The notes under the pieces were generated by a model. It searched no databases. It saw only the letters and a list, made by a program, of their open reading frames with translations, and was not told the origin of the DNA. Source: an uncultured delta proteobacterium (GTDB lineage: Bacteria > Myxococcota > Myxococcia > Myxococcales > 40CM-4-68-19). Taken from it: a stretch of 26,248 nt of DNA. Below, piece by piece: positions 20,268 to 26,248 of the stretch. The stretch lies in NCBI GenBank assembly GCA_903911145.1, contig CAIWCD010000014.1, forward strand, positions 248,001 through 274,248. The letters are read 5' to 3'. Within the stretch, counting starts at the first letter, position 1. The number at the start of each line of letters is the position of its first letter. A program made the position numbers and the translations under genes.

Positions 20268-20921
20268 CTACCTGCGGGCGGCGCTGCGGACGCGCGCAAG
20301 CAGAATCCGCAGGAGCTCTGCTGGATCGTGCGGTGCTCCAGTCGGCGCAGCAGGCACCACCGGGCGTGCCTCTGCGCGTGGCGGCAGAGGAGTCGGTGCG
20401 ACCGGAGGAGCTCCCGGCGAGGTGCGGAAGATCGCACGCGCGGCGCGGCTTGAGCGGGCCTCTCGAGCAGGAGGAGGCGAACTCGGAGGAGGGGCCGCGC
20501 CCAACTCGGGAGCCCGCGCGAGACCATCGTCGAGTGCACGCGAGCCAGGCGGGGCGAGGCCAAACAGCTCGACGAGGCGATCTCGCAGGAGCTCGTTTTC
20601 CGGCTGCGCGCCGACCGCGAGCCGATAGGCGCGCACGGCATCCGCATAGCGCCCGGCCGCTGCGAACACCTCGCCGCGCTCGGCATCCGTGAGCTTCAGA
20701 TCGGACGTCTGATCCGGCAGCGGCTCGGTGGCGCGGCGTCGATGGACCAGCTCGCTGGGTTGCAAGAGGGAGCGGACCGCTTCAGTGCGCTGGCGCAGCC
20801 GCTCATCTTCGGGATGATCAGAGGAGAGCCGCTCGAAGATATCGACCGCCATCAGCAGATCGCCGCGCCGCACCGCCCGCTCCGCGCGCGCCTCCAGCTT
20901 TTCGTCCGGACTCTCCTCCAT
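20268..20921 (-). CDS. Cytoplasmic TPR protein with Pro-rich linker and C-terminal helix
   Basis: TPR-like units (AERAVRRGDLLMAVDIFERLSSDHPED; GEVFAAAGRYADAVRAYRLAVGAQPEN). Start is ATG 20921 or GTG 20930. Confidence 0.75.
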   Translation of the reverse strand: MEESPDEKLEARAERAVRRGDLLMAVDIFERLSSDHPEDERLRQRTEAVRSLLQPSELVHRRRATEPLPDQTSDLKLTDAERGEVFAAAGRYADAVRAYRLAVGAQPENELLRDRLVELFGLAPPGSRALDDGLARAPELGAAPPPSSPPPAREARSSRAARAIFRTSPGAPPVAPTPLPPRAEARPVVPAAPTGAPHDPAELLRILLARVRSAARR

Positions 20922-21082
20922 GCCCGACACGAAATGCCCTGCGGTGCGCCCGTGTCAACCCCTCATGCGTGCAGCTGCTGTCCGATGTGAACGCGGCAGC
21001 GTCAAGGCGCGCTGCCGTGCCGCTGGATTCACAGATTCGCGCCGACGGGCCACCAGCGCCGCGCCAGGGCCCAGCAGGTGTT

Positions 21083-22897
21083 TCAGGGAATGCAGACGTT
21101 CCGATAGATGTGGATCTCTGGACCACCTCTCGACATGCCTCCGAGCGGATCGGTCAGTGGCGCGAAGAAACTGTCGTAGGGATCGATGGTCGCATCGCAC
21201 GACAGGAAGCCTGGTGAGATGACCTGCTCGTCGCGAAAGCAGCGTGGATCAAGCGTGCGCGCCGAGCCCTGGCGGCCGAGTCGCTTGCAGGGCAGCACTG
21301 CGCGCGCCTGGGCGACGAAGCGAGAGGGCGTTGCGTACTTGCTCATCTGGCTTTCGTTTGCGAGCCGCGACCAGCCTTGTCGACCGCTCGCGACCATGCC
21401 GCGCCAGTCGCGCGTGTCGGACGAGAGCTTCGGAACGGCCGCTTGCAGAGACGTCGGCAGCGAGCGGTTGCAGGCGTCGAGAACGCCAGGCTCCACTGCT
21501 TGCACCTGCTCAGCGATCCACCCGTCGCTCGAGACGCTCGCAGTGGGGCCCTGCGCGAGCAACCACGCGGCGGCGACGTCGCGGGTGTCGTCCTGCGAGA
21601 GCAGGTGATCGAAGCGCACGAGGCGAACGGCGGGAGGAACGAGGGCCAGCAGGCACAACGCGAGCGCACCGACGCAGGCGACAACTCGTGAGCGCGCGAT
21701 CGCGGGCGATGCCCCGGCTTCGGAGAGCGCGGGCGAAGCTGCGGAGGGGCCGCCCTGCAGGGCTCGCGACCACACGGTTGCCAGCGAGAGCGTGAGCCCA
21801 ATCGCGAGAGCCGGGAGCATCGGCGACCCATAGCGAACGAAGAGCAGTCGAGACGCGGCGACTTCGCAGAAGAACGCGAGCACCGTGACGGCAAGCGTGA
21901 TCCCGATTTCGCGATCGCGGCGAAACGCGAGCCAGAGTCCGAACAGCGCGAGCGCGAGGCCGATCAATCCGAAGGCGAGTGGGAGGGTGACGGTCGAGTG
22001 GAAAATCCATCCCGCCGGCGTGTGCGCATCGACGTCGAAGGGCTCGAAGCTGTGCCCACTGGTGTCGTAGCGAAAGCCGTGGCTGAGCAGGCTCGCCCTG
22101 AGTTCTGAGGGGTGGAGGACGCTGCGTGGCGAAAGCAGAAACAGTCCCACGAGTGCAGAGGCGGGGCCGAGGATCAGTGCGGTGATTCCGGAACGCGCGA
22201 GCTTCTCGATGCCCTGCTTGCGCTCGCGAAGAACGAGAAAAAAACCCGCGGTGGCGCAGGGTGCGATCAGACCGGCTGCGGAATATTTGATTCCGAAGGC
22301 AGCTCCTGCGACGGCGCAGGCAACGAGCCAGAGCCTCGGAGATTCCTGGAGCGCGCGAATCAGCAGATACACCGCAAGCGCAATCAACGCGCAGAGCGTT
22401 GCATCGCTCACGCCAAAATGTCCGTCGCGGCCCGCGACGTAGTTGCACCCGAGCACCAGCGCGCCCAGCCCTGGCGCGGCCGCGCGCATTTCTGTGGGAA
22501 CCAGTCGGCGCGCACTCAGACCGGTCAGCGCGCAAGCAGCTACGCCCATCACCGCAGAAAAGCCGCGTCCCGCCAGCAGCAACGCAAGCGGGCGCTCGGC
22601 GAAGAGACAGCCAAGGTTCACTTCGACATGCGTCCAGGAGGACAAGACGAACCCCTCGAGACGCTCGAGCAGATGGATGATGAAGAAGAATCCCTCCGGC
22701 CACCCCTCGGGCAGATGCGAGAATGGGGGCAGTCCAGCGAAGTAGTTGAGCGCGACGGTGACGAAGATCTCTTCGTCGGGGCGCCCGCGCGGCGTCGACG
22801 ATGCGAACTCGATTCCCTTCAATCGAAGCGCGAGCGCGAGCAGCAGCGCGCTGGCTGTAAACAGAGGCGCATAGAGTCGAGACAGGCGGTGTTTCAT
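21083..22897 (-). CDS. GT-C fold lipid-carrier-dependent glycosyltransferase (ArnT/PMT-like)
   Basis: ATG 22897 with GGGGAG upstream. First TM is followed by the acidic RPDE motif. About 10 TM helices, GIKY and RYxxPxxP motifs, and a soluble Cys-containing C-terminal domain. Confidence 0.82.
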   Translation of the reverse strand: MKHRLSRLYAPLFTASALLLALALRLKGIEFASSTPRGRPDEEIFVTVALNYFAGLPPFSHLPEGWPEGFFFIIHLLERLEGFVLSSWTHVEVNLGCLFAERPLALLLAGRGFSAVMGVAACALTGLSARRLVPTEMRAAAPGLGALVLGCNYVAGRDGHFGVSDATLCALIALAVYLLIRALQESPRLWLVACAVAGAAFGIKYSAAGLIAPCATAGFFLVLRERKQGIEKLARSGITALILGPASALVGLFLLSPRSVLHPSELRASLLSHGFRYDTSGHSFEPFDVDAHTPAGWIFHSTVTLPLAFGLIGLALALFGLWLAFRRDREIGITLAVTVLAFFCEVAASRLLFVRYGSPMLPALAIGLTLSLATVWSRALQGGPSAASPALSEAGASPAIARSRVVACVGALALCLLALVPPAVRLVRFDHLLSQDDTRDVAAAWLLAQGPTASVSSDGWIAEQVQAVEPGVLDACNRSLPTSLQAAVPKLSSDTRDWRGMVASGRQGWSRLANESQMSKYATPSRFVAQARAVLPCKRLGRQGSARTLDPRCFRDEQVISPGFLSCDATIDPYDSFFAPLTDPLGGMSRGGPEIHIYRNVCIP

Positions 22898-23066
22898 CTG
22901 CTCCCCGATGGGCGTCATCGCGTCGAATCCCGCGTGCTCGCGTGGAGGCACCGTTTGGCGACAATTCGAGCGCTCGGCTCTCTACACGGTTGGAGTCGCG
23001 ACGACCACTCCGTTCGCCCGGGCCGCCGATCGCCTCCCGAGTGAAGAGTGGAATCCCTGGGACAAG

Positions 23067-24161
23067 TCACCCACCCAGGCGCGCGCTTGCCTCGGGCAGC
23101 AGCCCCTTCGCACGCCCCTCCCGCGCGAGCAGCGCGAGCCCCTCGACGGCGCTCGGCTGCGTTGGCGTGAAGCCCAGCGCGCGAAGTCTCCGCGTATCGA
23201 AGTATCGGTCGGCCGAGAACTGCTCGAGCAGCTCAGGTCCGAGCTGCGGCGGCGGCACGGGCGGCGAGCCCTGGAACGCGGAGAGCCACGCGCGCGCGAG
23301 TCGGCGGTTGAGCGGGCCCCAGAACATCCACATGGGAAGTCGGCGCAGGATCCAGAGCAGCAGTCGAGCCGGTGCGGGCGAGTAGGGGAGCGCGCCGGCC
23401 TCTCGCGTGCCCGCAGCGAGCAGCAGCGCGCGGGTCAGCTCCTCGAGCGGCAGCGGCGCGTCGTCGGCGACATTGAACGCGCGCCCATCGTGCGCGGTGA
23501 GTCCCGCATCACCGCTGACGAGCAGCAGCGCAGCCCGCGCGACATCGATTGCGTGCACGGCATGCACGATCGGCCCACGCCGCGGAACCCAGAGCGAGCG
23601 TCCGGCCCGCGCCGCGAGCGCCGCGATCACGAGCGAGGCCTGCATCCCGCGACGCTGCCGCGGACCATAGGTGAGCGCTGGCCGGAGCACGGCCAGCTTG
23701 AGCCCGCGCAGTCTCCGCGTGCGAAACGCCTCCTGCTCGATCTCCCAGCGCAGCTCTCCTTCGGCGTCGACCGGAGCCTTCAGATCTCCCTCGTCGCAGG
23801 GAAGGTTGCGCGGCCGCCCATAGACGCTGCAGCTCGAGAGCAGCAGCAGCGGAGCCCCGCCCGAGAGCGCCGCGGTGCAGGCTGCGCGAATCGAGGCGAG
23901 CGCTTCGTCGCGGCTTGACGTGTCGCGCGGAAAGGCGCAATGGGCGACGACCTGCGCCGAGCGGGCCAGTTCGGCCAGCGCCAGCGCTCCCTCAGCCTGA
24001 TCGATCTGCAGCAGCGAAACGCTCGCGCCCGCGCTCCGCGCCGCTTCGCACGCTGCACCGGGCCGATCGACCGCACGCACGTCCCAGCCCGCCGCCGCGA
24101 ACTCCTCACACAAGTGCGAGCCGAGCATTCCTCCTGCGCCGGTGATGACGATCGATCTCAT
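23067..24161 (-). CDS. NAD(P)-binding epimerase/dehydratase-family (extended SDR) protein lacking YxxxK
   Basis: ATG 24161 with GGAG upstream. Motifs ITGAGGMLG, HCA, LSSCSVYG, RPALTYGP, VHAIDVARA, FNVAD and LGFTP. Confidence 0.85.
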   Translation of the reverse strand: MRSIVITGAGGMLGSHLCEEFAAAGWDVRAVDRPGAACEAARSAGASVSLLQIDQAEGALALAELARSAQVVAHCAFPRDTSSRDEALASIRAACTAALSGGAPLLLLSSCSVYGRPRNLPCDEGDLKAPVDAEGELRWEIEQEAFRTRRLRGLKLAVLRPALTYGPRQRRGMQASLVIAALAARAGRSLWVPRRGPIVHAVHAIDVARAALLLVSGDAGLTAHDGRAFNVADDAPLPLEELTRALLLAAGTREAGALPYSPAPARLLLWILRRLPMWMFWGPLNRRLARAWLSAFQGSPPVPPPQLGPELLEQFSADRYFDTRRLRALGFTPTQPSAVEGLALLAREGRAKGLLPEASARLGG

Positions 24162-24247
24162 CGACGCGAGAGTCCTCCGCACGCCTGCGTCGCGCAAGCA
24201 AATCGGAAGCAGGCCCGGCGCGCGCGAAATTTATGCGCGAAGGGAAG

Positions 24248-24275
24248 TTGCTACGCGGACGACAGTGACTATTGT
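24248..24275 (+). promoter_or_regulatory. Possible sigma70-type promoter for lon
   Basis: TTGCTA-N16-TATTGT, about 70 nt upstream of the lon start and just after a locally AT-rich patch (GAAATTTAT). Confidence 0.25.
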
Positions 24276-24344
24276 GGCTTCATCGAGTCGCGCGTGTTGC
24301 GCGGCTCACCGCAGCAAATCGGCAGCCGAAAGGGGCTCCACACC

Positions 24345-26248
<1,904 letters not shown>

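Noticed and set aside
20953..20958. Perfect TTGACA on the minus strand upstream of the TPR gene
   Set aside because: The -10 candidate (CATTTC) is too weak to call, although a promoter here is possible.

Overview
GC-rich bacterial chromosomal segment, almost certainly Myxococcota: it carries a BsgA/LonD-type Lon, a eukaryotic-like Ser/Thr kinase, an FHA-GAF sigma54 activator and Cys-rich lipoproteins. From left to right: the end of a maltose/maltodextrin-type ABC operon whose binding protein is fused to the MalF-like permease; malG; a translationally coupled Cys-rich lipoprotein; uvrA; a DUF4476-like lipoprotein; lnt with an upstream hypothetical gene; a small outer-membrane beta-barrel; and a membrane-anchored CpoB/YbgF-like TPR protein. 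A minus-strand cluster follows (TPR protein, membrane Ser/Thr kinase, exported TPR protein, FHA-GAF-AAA-HTH enhancer-binding protein, two lipoproteins, small membrane protein), then a GT-C glycosyltransferase, an SDR lacking the YxxxK motif, and a Lon protease running off the right edge. The best candidate for an undescribed system is the minus-strand cluster. A correctly spaced sigma54 -24/-12 element lies just downstream of the activator gene, with a palindrome at about -99 to -116, and a near-copy of that palindrome lies in the kinase leader. This suggests a self-contained trans-envelope circuit controlling surface lipoproteins. I saw no RNA genes, mobile elements or CRISPR arrays. All calls are by eye; no database searches were run.
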